From positions 142,958-174,957 of the forward strand of contig NW_008806294.1 in NCBI RefSeq assembly GCF_000400465.1: a stretch of DNA of 32,000 nt. The letters run 5' to 3'. This document shows positions 7,971 through 20,708 of this stretch, in pieces. The DNA comes from Wallemia ichthyophaga EXF-994. Lineage: Eukaryota > Fungi > Basidiomycota. The notes under the pieces are model-generated. The model was not told the origin of the DNA. It worked only from the letters and a program-made list of their open reading frames with translations, and searched no databases. How positions within the stretch are numbered: the first letter of the stretch is position 1; the number at the start of each line of letters is the position of its first letter. The translations under genes were made by a program, and so were the position numbers.

Positions 7971-10900
7971 TTACTCCAATATAAGCGACAACAAGGCCAT
8001 TCTCGCAAACAATCCATATCTCATTTGACGGAAGTACGCAGCGCGGTTATCAAAGTCGAGATTTGGATCGATTTCCTGTAATCTTGGTAATGGATGCATG
8101 ACGATGGTTGTAGGTTTAGCTCTATCCATCGTCGCATTGTCTAGTATATATGCATCCTTGACCGCTTCGAATTCGTGCACTGAGTTGAATCTCTCTTGTT
8201 GCACGCGCGTCATATAGATGACATCCGACTTGCCAATAACTTCGTCCAGGCGTGGTGTCTCAAAGTAGGTTACACCAGCCTTTCTACACTCCGCCTTTAT
8301 GCTGTCTGGCATGTTGAGAGTGAGTGGTGAGACAAAGTTGAGGTGCACATTGTATAGGTTGAGCAATTTGACGAGCGAATGTACTGTTCTGCCATTCTTC
8401 AAATCACCTACCAATGTAATCGTAAGTCCGTTAACTGTACCAAGCTCCTCACTATATTATTGTCAGCTTGTCATCTTCTACGCACATCACCCCACACTCA
8501 CCGGATTGTGTAGATATCCAAGAAGGCTTGTGTTGGGTGCTCACCCGTTCCATCGCCAGCATTGATAATTGGCACTGGTGAGAACTTGGATGCCGTCTGC
8601 ACTGAGCCTGGCTGTGGATGCCTCATTACCACTCCATCAGCGTAACATCCAAGTGTTCTGATCGTATCAGCTAGGGACTCTCCTTTCGCAACCGACGACT
8701 TGTCCACTGGAATTGTCAATACTGTACCACCGCATCTCTTCATTGCGGCGTCGAACGATGCTGATGTTCTGGTAGACGGTTCAAAGAACAAACTACACAG
8801 CACTCTACCCTTGAGTATGTCCGCACTACCATACTTCTCAACATGTGTTCTCAACTCTGAAGCAAGTGTAAAGAGCACGTGAAGATCATCCCTGCTAAAC
8901 TGTTTAACAGAAAGTATGTGGCGTCTTCTAAACGCTGGGTGTGACTTAAGTGCTGTAAGGTTGCTCTTTCCAGTTGCAATTGAACCTATAAGACTGGTTG
9001 GGTGGGTTACCTCAGTTGGGCTGGCCGCTTCCATGCTTGTTGCCTTGGTTGGAGATGGCACACCAGTGATAGACTGTGTAGCTGGTCTTGTTTGCTGAGA
9101 GAAGGACGATCTCGCATTTCTCTGCTTCCTGATTGGTCCAGCCACCGTCAAATCTCTACCGGAAGACTTGGCGACGTTAACACCAGCCAATCTTACTGTC
9201 TTACCGTAGAACACAACTCTATCAACCTGTCCCTTGACTGGCTTGCCGGAAAGTGGTGACCAAAGACCACTACCTACAGAGAATGTGGCTGGTCTGTCCA
9301 TCTCCACCTCCACATATGTGCTTGGTTGATCTGGCAAGTCAAAGATTGTCTTTGGAGCGTCGTGGAAGCGCGAGATAATATCTTCAAGACTCAGCTTGTT
9401 CTCTGCAACAGCGCTGAGCAACAATGAAACACTCTCAGCCATACCAGCTGATGCATTTGCCGCTTGCCCAACAGCCACAGCCAGCTCATGTGGTACTGTT
9501 CCAACACTGAACATGTCAATCTTGTCAAGATTGTCCCAGAGCGCTTGCTGATCAGACTTGGTTGGAAGAACAGTCGCAGCTGGATAATCTTCTCTTGAGA
9601 AGAAGAGCGAATAAACGGCGACATCACAAGTAACCTTTAAGTCTCTACCCTTGGACAAAGCGATCAAGCTGATGTCGTCACGGTTGCTTACGTTGGTGAC
9701 GTGAATTGAACGGCCGTGAAGAGATGCCAACAGCAAGATACTTGCAAGATCAGTAGAACGTGCATCCGTAACGATTGGCTTGCCAGATGGCCATGAACCG
9801 AAGTGTGACGCGATAGTTGCAACCTTGTTAACGTTACCAGAGAGCTTGTTAAATGGAACATAGAGTGATTGGACATCCTCTTCAATTGCATCCAACCCAT
9901 CGACGTTATCAGGTGTAGCACTAACGCTGAGTACATAATCGCAGCGAGACTTTTGAGCGTTTGTGTACATAGTTTGAAGAGATTTGGCGTTTTCAACACC
10001 CATTGGAATCACTTGAGAGACAGTGAAACCTCCTTCAAGTGCCGCCAATGAAGCCTTCTCGAATGCATCTGAGTTTGGCTCAGCGATCTTGTCAGTATAG
10101 CCTTGAACGTTGATCAATCCAGGTAAGGTGAATGTGCGGTGCGACGTCTTGTAATCGACGCTGTCGACTTCAAGTGATGGCCTGCGAAGGATTGCCTCGA
10201 TAAGTAACTTAGCGCACTTGACATTGGTGACAAGTGGAATAGCATAGTCAACTGCCATTCTACGAGATTGATAACCCTTACTCATGAAGCTTGCTGGACG
10301 ACGATAGCGGTTCTTGGATGGCAAGTTGATGTAGAGGTCGATCAAGTTGTTTGCCAAGTGCTGAGTGAGTGAGTACTCAGACTTCTGAGAATCGGTCTCA
10401 GTGATGGCTTCGAGATACTTGACTGGAATACCGTGCTCTTGGATAAAGTCTGCAGTACCAGAGGTGGCGAAGAGATTGTAGCCTTGACGGTTGAGATTTT
10501 GCACCACTGGCAACATCTCCATCTTCTCCTTGTATGAACCGATAGAGAAGAGAATGTTTTTCTTTGGCATATGCATACCAGTCGCCATCAATGCCTTCAC
10601 ATAGGCTTCGTACTTGTCTCTACCAAAGCAAGCAACTTCACCAGTAGAAGCCATCTCAACACCAAGAACTGGATCAGCACCAGATAATCTTGAGAATGAG
10701 AATTGAGGAACCTTAACACCAACGTACTTTTCAGGAAGGTTGATTTCAGGGTAAGGTTTGAATGGGAAGTTGCACATTGCGTTAGTAGCCAACGCGATGG
10801 CGTCAACGTTGGTAACTTTGCTTACGAATGGGAAAGAACGAGCAGCACGCAAGTTGCATTCAATAACCTTGACTAAGAGCTGTGTGTTAGCAAAGCATTT

Positions 10901-13900
10901 CACTCCAAGCCATTTACCCACTCTCGTTGTTTTTGGCAATGAATTGGATGTTGTATGGACCGGTAACATTCAAAGCCTCACCAATCTTGGCAGTAGCTTC
11001 AACGATACGTCTGACAGTCTCTGGAGCGAGGTCTTGAGGTGGAAGAACAAGTGTAGCGTCACCAGAGTGAACACCAGCGTTCTCAATGTGCTCAGAGATG
11101 TAGTGCATAATCATCTTACCATCCTTAGCGATAGCATCCATCTCAATCTCCTTGGCATCCTCAATAAACTTGGAAATGACAACTGGGTAGTCTTGGGAGA
11201 CGGCGGTTGCTTGAGTGAGGTAGTTCTCAAGATCGTCTGGTGAGCTAACAACGTTCATAGCAGCACCAGAAAGCACGTAAGAAGGTCTAACAAGGACTGG
11301 GAAGCTGACCTTTTGACAGAACTTGTAAGCTTCTTCAAAGCTAGACAACTCCTTCCATTGTGGCTGATCGACACCGATCTTGTCCAACATACGCGAGAAC
11401 TTGTAACGGTTTTCTGCCGTATCAATCATCTCTGGTGAAGTACCGTAGATATGCACGTTTTGACGATAGAGTGGCAACGCAATGTTATTTGGAGTCTGAC
11501 CACCCATGGACAAGATGACACCAGTAGAACGCTCCGCGTCATAGATATCCAACACGGTCTCAAGAGAGATGTTCTCAAAGTAGAGCCTATCAGCCTCATC
11601 GTAATCGGTGGATACAGTCTCAGGGTTGTAGTTGATCATGACTGTCTTGGTACCTCTTGCTCTGAGTGTGCGAATGGTAGAGACGGCGCACCAATCAAAT
11701 TCAACAGATGAACCGATTCTATACACACCTGAACCCAAAACAATAACACCCTTATCCTCAAATCCAATATCGCTAGCTGCAGCATTGTATGTGGTGTAGA
11801 GGTAGTTGGTGAATGCTGGGAACTCGGCAGCGACGGTATCAATTTGCTTGACGTGTGGCACGATACCTGACTCCTGGCGAAGACGACGGACAGCGAGTTC
11901 GTTCGATCCCAAAAACTTGGCGAGTTGGCGGTCCGAGAAGCCCATTTGCTTAGACTGGCGGAGGAGTTGAGGGGTGACAGTGGTGGTGTTGTAGTCACTG
12001 ACGAGTATTTTTCTTAGTTAGCTAGTCTAACCTACACGCAGCACCCAACTCACCTTAATATCTTCTCCTGCTCAATGAGATTCTTAAGACGGTTCAAGAA
12101 CCATCTGTCGATGTTGGACATCTTGTGTATATCATCGATAGTGTATCCCCTAACGAAGGCGTTGGCGATGGCAAACACACGCCTGTCAGTTGGGTTGACC
12201 AACTCCTCGTCAATCTCTGCTTTCTCCATTACGAATGGGTTAGTACCGAACCCGAAGAATTGATCATCGATACACCTGATGGCCTTCTGCATGGTCTCTT
12301 CGAATGATCTACCGATAGCCATAACCTCACCGACACTCTTCATAGAAGAGTTGAGCACCGTGTTAACTCTGTTGAATTTCTTGAGATCCCATCTTGGAAT
12401 CTTAACAACACAGTAGTCGAGAGATGGCTCGAAGCATGCAGTGGTTGAGCGTGTTACTGAGTTTCTGATTTCGTTAAGTGGGATGTTCAAACCAAGCTTG
12501 GCAGCGGTGTAAGCGAGCGGGTAGCCAGTTGCCTTAGATGCGAGGGCAGATGAGCGCGAAAGACGAGCGTTGACTTCGATAATGCAGAATTCCTTGGAGT
12601 GTGGATTGAGGGCGTATTGAATGTTACACTCACCTACAACACCCAAGTGTCTAATGACTTTGACAGCAGTTGAACGAAGTCTATTGTAGTCACTATCTGA
12701 AAGTGTCTGAGATGGAGCTACGACAATTGAGTCACCAGTGTGTATACCAAGTGGATCAAAGTTCTCCATGTTACAGACAGTGATACAGTTATCACGGCAA
12801 TCTCTGACAACTTCATACTCAATCTCCTTCCAACCCTTCATACTCTTCTCAATCAAAACTTGTGGACTAGTGGCGAAAGCCTTATTGCAGAGCGCAGTAA
12901 GGGTTTCTTCGTCATCAGCGAAACCTGATCCCAAACCACCGAGGGTGTACGCAGCTCTGGCAATGACAGGGTAACCGATTTGCTTTGCGGCAGTAAGGGC
13001 CTCTTCGAGATTATTTGCTGATGCAGAAGGAGCGCAATGTTCACCAATATCCTCCATAGCTCTGGCGAAGAGTTCACGGTCTTCAGTCATCTCGATGGTG
13101 TGCACTGGAGTACCCAAGACCTTGACACCAAGAGATTCAAATTCATCCTTAAGCTTGCAACCAACATTGAGGGCTGTCTGACCACCAAAAGTAACGTAAA
13201 TACCGTCAGGTCTCTCATACTTGATGATCTTGCGCACACTCTCGGGGTTAACTGGAAGGAAGTAGACTTTATCGGCGAGGCCAGATGTTTGAATGGTGGC
13301 AATGTTTGGATTGACAAGAACAGTGTAAATTCCCTCCTGTTTGAGAGCCTTGATTGCTTGACTACCAGAGTAATCGAATTCACCAGCTTGACCAATTGAC
13401 AAACCACCAGAGCCAAGGACAAGGACCTTCTTGACATCAACGCGTGGGTGCTTGGCGGCATTTTCGGCGAGAGTACCACCTGGCAGGGTAATCTGCTTAG
13501 CGACACCAGTCTGGGCAAAGTCGACGACAGAGTTGATAAAGACGTCGAACAAGAACTCAGTGTCGCGAGGACCAGGAGTGGATTCTGGATGGAATTGGAC
13601 AGAGAAGACTGGCTTGTCTTCCATATAAGTACCCTCGTTTGAGCCATCGTTTGCATTAACGAAGAGCTCCTTAACGCCGCCTGGGAGAGACTCGGCATCG
13701 ACAGCGTAACCATGGTTTTGTGAGGTGATGTAACATCTTCCTGATTGCATGTCCGTGCAAGGAATGTTAGCACCGCGGTTACCATACTTCATCTTCTTGG
13801 TTGTTGCGCCTGCAGCAAGGGAGAGAAGCTGATGACCAAGACAGATACCAAAGATAGGTGTTTTCACGTCCTCAATAGCCCTGCTAAGTCTGTTGATAAC

Positions 13901-14969
13901 AGGGGTAACGGTAGCAGGATCACCTGGACCGTTGGAGATGAATAAACCATCATAAGGCTCTTTCTCACTCAAGAAGTCGTAATCCCAAGGCACAAGTTTG
14001 ACTTCAACGCCGCGGTTGTTGAAGCAGCGAATTTGGTTGTACTTGATACCTACATCGACGGTAAGAATTCTGATAGTGCGGTTCTCTTTTGGATGTTTAA
14101 GGGGCGTAGTGGTGGGTTTGAAGGTAAGTGGAGAAGGTGAAGAAACCTCAGCGACGAGGTTAGTGTTCCCATACTCAGCGAATGGAACGACCTGGAAGTC
14201 GTCCTTCCACGAGTCATTCGAAGCAGCTGAGCTAACGGAAACGGTAGAAACAGATCTAGATAAGCTGGCGTGTGGCTGGTTGATCAGCGGTCTTGCGCCT
14301 CTCTCGCCGGATTTTCTAGCGAGGATGCGACCAAGCATGACACCCTTCTCTCTGATCTTCTTTGTGAGATTTCTGGTGTCTACGCCGAAAATTGCAGGAA
14401 TTCCCTGTTCCTGTAACCATTCGCCGAGGCTAGATTGAGCGAGGAAATGGGAGTAGTCAGGAGCGTATGTAGACACGACCAAACCAGCGACGTGGATCTT
14501 CCTCGACTCGAATTCTTCCGGGAGACTGAGAAGTTGGGAAGGATCAGCAGGGTTGTGCTCTGGGCGAGCAGGAACACCGTAGTTGCCGACGAGTGGGTAA
14601 GTGAGGACGAGAATTTGACCAGCGTATGAAGGATCAGTGAGAGACTCGGGATAACCCACCATACCTATATCGCCGTAAGAACACGAAAACGGCGATAAGA
14701 GGAAACAAACCAGTTTGGAAGACACATTCGCCTGAAATGCTCTTTCCTTTGGCTCCAAACGCATAGCCAAAGTTAACGCTGCCGTCTTCCAATTCGAGGG
14801 CGGTGTCGGCGTCGTTCTCCACGCCGGCTGGCTGCGCAGTGGCTGGGTGGAGAATGCCGTTGGTGTTTCTGCTCGGTGGCTGCTTAGCCAATGCGTGCGC
14901 AGCAGGTGGCTGCGATGGCGCTAATTCGAGTGGATTCGATGGTGGCGAGGGTGCACTAGCTCCAGACAT
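7971..14969 (-). CDS. URA2: Multifunctional pyrimidine biosynthesis protein (GATase, carbamoyl-phosphate synthetase, pseudo-dihydroorotase, aspartate transcarbamylase)
   Basis: Exons 14969-14711, 14664-12054, 11997-10922, 10872-8502 and 8451-7971 total 6798 nt (2265 aa). Motifs: [45 protein letters not shown] and MHPLPR. The DHO-like domain reads PGLINVQGY and lacks the H-x-H metal ligands. Confidence 0.97.
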
Positions 14970-15227
14970 TTTAATATTTTAGTTTTTACAGCCAAAGACC
15001 TTATGTATGTGAGGTCTGCTTCGTAGCAGAGGAAAAAGAACCGCGGAGGAAGATTCTCCCAAGTCACCAACTCCGAAAAAAATTATAGATTATATAAAAT
15101 TCGTATATTTATTACTTATCACGTTGTACATTGACTATTCATTCATTTTTCTATACTTATTCCTTTTTTTTCTGTCCATTTCCGGCGAATGTTCGTTAGA
15201 TTGTCTGCTTCGGCGAGAAGGGTGAAA

Positions 15228-16832
15228 TCAACGCAGAAGAAACCTTCTTCTCAGCTCATAGCCAAGTTTCATCCTTTCTAGTATTGCTGGTGGCAGTTCA
15301 TCACCTCCACTACCCATCAGCACTCCTTTGTTCTCTGATGCACGTCGAAGGAGGTACGGCAGCGCGTATTCCAGTTTCGCGAAGGGGAGGTATTTGAAAA
15401 CCATAGGTGGTCCATCTGAAAGACTTTGTGTAAGCTCGCTCGACAGTTTGTCTGCCATTCCTGTGCTGTGTTAGGTGTATTCTAAGTAAGGCACGCTGCA
15501 ATTCCACCCACCGTAAAGCTGGCCGAAAGCGACCTGATCTCTGATCCGTGGTGCAGGGTCGACTTTGCCGTCGGGTTTGCGCGTAGCTAGTCTATGGTGC
15601 AATAGCAATTCGAGCACCTTAAATGCACTGCTGTTGTTATGTGAGGCGAAGAGCACACCGAGTGATCCACCGGAAGACGACGCGAGCTGCTCGACGAGAT
15701 ATGCCGCCACATTATCGAAACATTTACTAGTTTCCTCCTTGCTCCCCCATACAGGGGACGGTCCCTCCCCATTGAATTTCTCCCATCTGCTGTTCTCGTG
15801 GTCGACATACGCACCCCGCACTATCTTGAATCCGAGACTATATCCTTTGTCGTGGGCACGCTGTAACGATGCCTTCACAAAGTCGTGCGAGCGTCGCAGA
15901 GAGCATTGGATGGTGTTGTATACCACAGGCTGGACTGTCTGTGAAATGTTCTCCTTCCTGTCATAGTTGTACTCCTCAGCCAGCAGTGTAAACATGACAT
16001 CAATAGCTGGTTGGAATTTTGCGTACTCGGCATCAATGAGAATTTTCACACCGTTGTCGTACGCACAACCACATATACTTCTCATTCTTCCATAGAGGCC
16101 TGAGAGTTGTTTGAGGTCATTTTGAGAGATTGTCGTGCTGTTTGTCTGCGTCTTTCCTAGCACCAACTGCATGTCCTGGTCGGACACGGCATCGACGGGC
16201 ATTTGCGCCGGCTTGAGGTTGTTCCAACCGTGCAACTCATTGAGAGCGAGAGTGGCTCTCTCGAGAACATAAGGATCTGGAATAAGGCCTGATGGTTTCA
16301 CAGCGACATACGTCTGACCTGCTCTTTTGTCGTTGATGTCTCGAAGACGTCTCTCGAAAGCTCCACACGCTTCGACGCCCTCAATGTTCTTCTTCAAGCT
16401 GTCATCGGCCGCCTGGAGCATTGCGTCGTAGGACTGCGACGGACTAATATCCGAAGCCTCCGCGGAGTAGTTGAGGATGACGCCCTGAGTATGCTGTCTG
16501 AGGGAGTCAATGACGCGCGTATACTCTTCGGGCGATTCGCCGCCGGTGAACTGTGCGAAGAAGGTACGCTTTACGATGAGCTTTGTGATCTGCCAGATGC
16601 CGGGGATGTGTGACGCATAGTGAATAAGTTCCGGTGCAGCATCGATGAGGGCTGGCGAGGAACAAAGCGAGTAAACGAGCCAGCCACGGAAGAGCTGGGT
16701 CGGTGGCAAATGACGTAGATCGTTATCTGCGAGATTGTCTGCACTGTTGAAATTGAATCGCTGATGTGTGTAGAGTGCACCTGATAGCGCAGTGGCTGTG
16801 AGAAGCGTACGGCTGCCACGGAGAATCCTCAT
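15228..16832 (-). CDS. PUT1: Proline dehydrogenase, mitochondrial
   Basis: Exons 16832-15512 and 15460-15228 give 517 aa. Presequence-like start MRILRGSRTLL. Motifs: F-x-x-QFTGGE, VAVKPSG, ILIDAE, KIVRGAY, FASHN, FGQLYGMAD and PYLLRRASEN. Confidence 0.93.
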
Positions 16833-16953
16833 GCTGATGGATGTTGGGAATAAAGAAATATTTACGCCAGCCACTGAAACCAGCCTCGCTACTGCTATCT
16901 CAACCACCACTCGCCATCGCCTCAGAGACGAAGCCGTTGCCGCAATAGCCGAA

Positions 16954-18235
16954 ATGATGAACAGAATATCTGAGGTGCTTCAAGACACAGACAAAGCACG
17001 TGCACTCGCTGGTAAATTACAGCGTTTGGCTTATGCGCGTCAGTCGAATGCTATCGCCAGGCAAGACCAAGAGAACGCGGCTCTAGAGGATACGCGTTTG
17101 GGCAAAATTGTAAATGAGATGCGTAAAGGCATGATTTTCGATTTGGACTGGATCAGAGAGCTAGAAGCTGATGAGTTTGCTGGTCTCCTCGACTCCGTCG
17201 ATTTGAACGGGGACGATAGCACTACACACGACAAGCAACTGGAATTCCTCCTTTTTAAGAGAATACAGGAGCAGATCTACGGCGATCAAGCAGCCGATGA
17301 TAATAGAAGTGACTCTATCGCTCAAGATCCAACGACTATCGAGTTACTCGCTTTAGACGACCTCAAACAGCGCAAACAGTCCTATCTACATGTCCTACCC
17401 ACCCTCGACGATGAAATTGAGCAAGCGAAGCAGGAACTGGCTAGGGAGGATGAGCTATTCGTAGACAGCACCCAAATGAAAGAAGGCATCAACGATCGTA
17501 TCATCGATATTTACTCCTCATCAGCTGAAGTGACTCCAGAGCAATATTTCAACGACTTGAGGCGTAAGATACGCTCAAAACACACTGAACACAACAACCT
17601 CTCACTTGAGCTAGAAGACACTGTCCTCGCTGCTGGTGTATACGATGATGAAGATGAGGCAGAGGATGAGAACCGCGAAGATGTCGAAGATATCAGACGC
17701 TACTTTATGCCAGCAGAGAATAGCGAGAATGGGAGAAAGAGAACGAAGCAAGAGGAGCGCGAGGAGTTTCTGCTCTTGTTATCAGTGAGTGATAAGTAGT
17801 GCATAGCGAGCGCATGGTAGCGTACCTCGTGGTCCGTGCACTCATGCACCCGTTCCTAGTATCGGTAGATATCGGTTAACTGCTTATCTCAGGACCTACT
17901 ACAAGCCATGGATGAAACACCGGTAGACCCGTACATCAACGTATCTGAATACTACGAGGGCGTCAGAATTAAGATTGTAGAGAGCGGGATTGCAGTTGAG
18001 CACCCCACTGACTCGGCCAGACTGCGCCTGCATGACTTCCGTGAGTGGGGCACCAGATATTTTGGGGTACAGCTAACAAAACCAAGACAAAACATTCGAC
18101 GATGGCTCTGATGGGGAGGAAGGATATGAAGAGGAAGATGAAGATGCACGTCGAGAACTTCTCGATTACTATGGCGGAGAGGGAGACGATTTAAGTGAGG
18201 CTGGGGAGATTGGTGAGGATGAAATGGCCATATAG
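16954..18235 (+). CDS. CENPK: Centromere protein K-like (CENP-K/Sim4/Mcm22 family) inner kinetochore protein
   Basis: Exons about 16954-17784, 17893-18040 and 18087-18235. The second exon reads DLLQAMDETPVDPYINVSEYYEGVRIKIVESGIAVEHPTDSARLRLHDF, matching the CENP-K C-terminal pattern DPYV..S.......L...GIA..HP.D..R.RL as recalled. Coiled-coil N-terminus and acidic tail. Confidence 0.75.
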
Positions 18236-18729
18236 ACTGGCAAGATATGGTAACTAGGTGAACATCTCAAATACCCTGAAAATATTTGTAAATTAATATG
18301 TACCAGTTGAGCCCCTGAAAACGTCGAATAGCAAGTAACGCGTCAGCGAGTAGAGGACAAAAGGTACTTTAAATGAATTTTACTACAGATAGGATGTTTC
18401 ATACTTGTCTTTCCTTTCGACACATGCCAAATCGTCTCAACCCGTTCGCCGTGTACCTTGAACTTTAAAAAGGCTTATATAAGTTGAGGCATTTTAGAGT
18501 GAGGCATTTAATCAACATCAAATGATAAAGGGTTCTAGTTGAACTACGACGGAGCAACAAAAGTGCGACAATACACGGAAGCACATGCAGCCATTGTGAG
18601 GAGTGATCAGAGCAGAAACCCAGCGATCAAGGCTAACGGTTACACTATAGATACCCACTGTCGACGTTAGAAGACTGTTCAAAGACAGTGACGTACATGT
18701 AAAGCTCTGTTGGGCTTTTCGATAACGAG

Positions 18730-19140
18730 TTGGCGTCAGAGTATTTGTGGGCGGAGAGCGATCGTGAAAGGCGCGGTACATTGTGTGCTGCTTCATCACC
18801 CACCACCCAACAAAAAGCCTCTAGAAAAGCCAACAGACTGCCAGTTGCGTGTCTATTCTGCAGGAGACGCAAGATAAAGTGCGACGGACAGAAATCGTGC
18901 AAGCACTGCTCTAAGAAGGGCATCGAGTGTATCTACCCGACAATTCCCCGTTCCAGACGCCGCTCATCGAAGCAGCTTCAGCTGGATTTGCAGCAAGCAG
19001 ACATGCTCGATAGCAAAATTAGAGAGACAATTGGAAATATTTCAGGGGATTGCTCGGATAGCAGTAGCAGCAGGAGCGCTATTGTGCAGATGAAGTACAT
19101 GCAGCAAATGAGCTCAATCAAGGCTAGCACACTCTTTTAG
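18730..19140 (+). CDS. Small Zn(II)2Cys6 binuclear cluster protein, 5' exons uncertain
   Basis: ACLFCRRRKIKCDGQKSCKHCSKKGIECIYP fits C-x2-C-x6-C-x5-C-x2-C-x6-C. Possible upstream exons at about 18539-18595 and 18651-18687. Start codon unresolved. Confidence 0.8.
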   Translation: MASEYLWAESDRERRGTLCAASSPTTQQKASRKANRLPVACLFCRRRKIKCDGQKSCKHCSKKGIECIYPTIPRSRRRSSKQLQLDLQQADMLDSKIRETIGNISGDCSDSSSSRSAIVQMKYMQQMSSIKASTLF

Positions 19141-19221
19141 CCTGCTAAACTTAACGAAACGCGACGATTAATTTATAAATTGTACATTACTCATTACGTC
19201 ATACCTATATTTACAACGCTC

Positions 19222-19756
19222 ATGTCTGAATTGACTTCAGTGGATTATTTTGCGTATGCAGTGGCTACTTGGTCTACGGGCACAGCCGTTTCGCTTGTTG
19301 GATTCCCCAGGCTTATTACTACGCTGCTACTGCCATATGAGAAGCACAGTAACGGCGAAGTACTCCCGAAAACTGAATTGAATGGCTTCGAGAAGTTCCT
19401 GGCAACGCAATCAAGTATTTCATTGCTAGCTGCTGCCTACTTACTGCTTCAATTGACTGGCTCTCTTTCTTCATCGCCTATCAGACAGCCATCGCCCTAT
19501 AGAATTCCAAGCGTAGGATTCGCAACGTTAGCACTCCTTTTATCCTCAGCACTTAGCTTCTACGCCGACAACATCGGCAACCTTGGCAAAGTACACTGCC
19601 TGCCAACAGCCCTGCTCAGCTTATGGGGCGTGTCTATCGTGGGTGCGAGTCGTCCCACAACCAGCACTGACAATCAAGCAGATGATATTCGGAGAAGACT
19701 TCTCAACTAAGCGCTCTAGCTTCCCATTCAAGAACACTGAAGCTAAGAAGAAGTAG
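19222..19756 (+). CDS. Small multi-pass membrane protein of unknown function
   Basis: Exons 19222-19638 and 19682-19756 (intron GTGGGT..CTGAC..CAG) give 163 aa with about four hydrophobic segments. The C-terminus KRSSFPFKNTEAKKK resembles a motif I recall from conserved fungal hypothetical proteins. Confidence 0.7.
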
Positions 19757-19782
19757 ATTTGATCATTTAAATTATTCTTTGT

Positions 19783-20675
19783 ATGACAACATTCACCGAC
19801 CACACCCACATCGATGCTGCAACATACAGACGCCTCAGACCGCGGGAGTATCTAAACAGGTATTTGGACTCCAATGTGCGCATAGATGGTAGATCATTGC
19901 TCGACTTCCGAAGCACAAGCATCAACCAAGGTTGGTTGGGTTGCTGTGTCTCCAATACCTTCCTCACATTCCCCACACAGGCTCAATTGAAACCGCAGAC
20001 GGCAGCGCTGTTGTACGCCTCGGCAACACTACAATGGTGGCCGGTATAAAGCTCAAAACTGCTCTGCCAGATCCAAGTCGCGAGGCGGGCTACATAGTCC
20101 CCAATGTTGATCTTAATCCTGTCTCCAATGCTAAATTCAAAAGCGGTCCTCCTTCGGACCAGGCGCAGGTGCTCAGCAGCCGTCTCAACGATCTTCTTCT
20201 ATCAGCCAACATCGTAAATCACTCTCAACTCGTTATAGAACCACGTAAAGCTGTTTGGGTGGTCTATGTCGATGTTACGTGTATAAATTACGACGGAAAC
20301 GCTCTCGATGCTGCTATGATTGCTATCGTTGCAGCGTTGAAGAATACTCAGCTGCCTGAAGCTAATTATGACTACGATCATGAAAAGGTAGTAGCTAATA
20401 AGCAGCACTACGCCCCTCTTTCCCTCAACAAGGTCGTTGTCCCCTCCTCATTTGGCTGGTTCGATGGCAAGCTACTCGCTGACCTCACCGACTTTGAACA
20501 GTCTTTATGCGCAGCACAGATCACTGTCGTCGTCAATCCAGACGGTTCACTAGCACATCTCTCCACACAAGGACTCAGTCTTGGTCACACCATAGAGGAC
20601 AGTGTCAACATCACCAATTCTGCTATCTCAGCAGCCCAACACCGCTACGCCAGCGTATCAAAACTAATAATTTAG
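19783..20675 (+). CDS. RRP43: Exosome core RNase PH-like subunit Rrp43 (EXOSC8)
   Basis: Exons 19783-19930 and 19981-20675 give 280 aa. Motifs: R-x-DGR-x-x-x-x-FR, GSIETADGSAVVRLGNT, GYIVPNVDL, GPPSDQAQ and YVDVTCINYDGNALDA. Confidence 0.9.
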
Positions 20676-20708
20676 ATATACATTGCAGTAATGATATTTT
20701 TTCACTAG

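Noticed and set aside
9100-10140. Dihydroorotase-like domain of URA2 lacking catalytic histidines
   Set aside because: An inactive pseudo-DHO domain is the known state of fungal Ura2.
2989-16832. URA6, URA2 and PUT1 proximity as a pyrimidine/nitrogen cluster
   Set aside because: Unrelated genes are interspersed and no shared motif was seen. Chance is sufficient in a compact genome.
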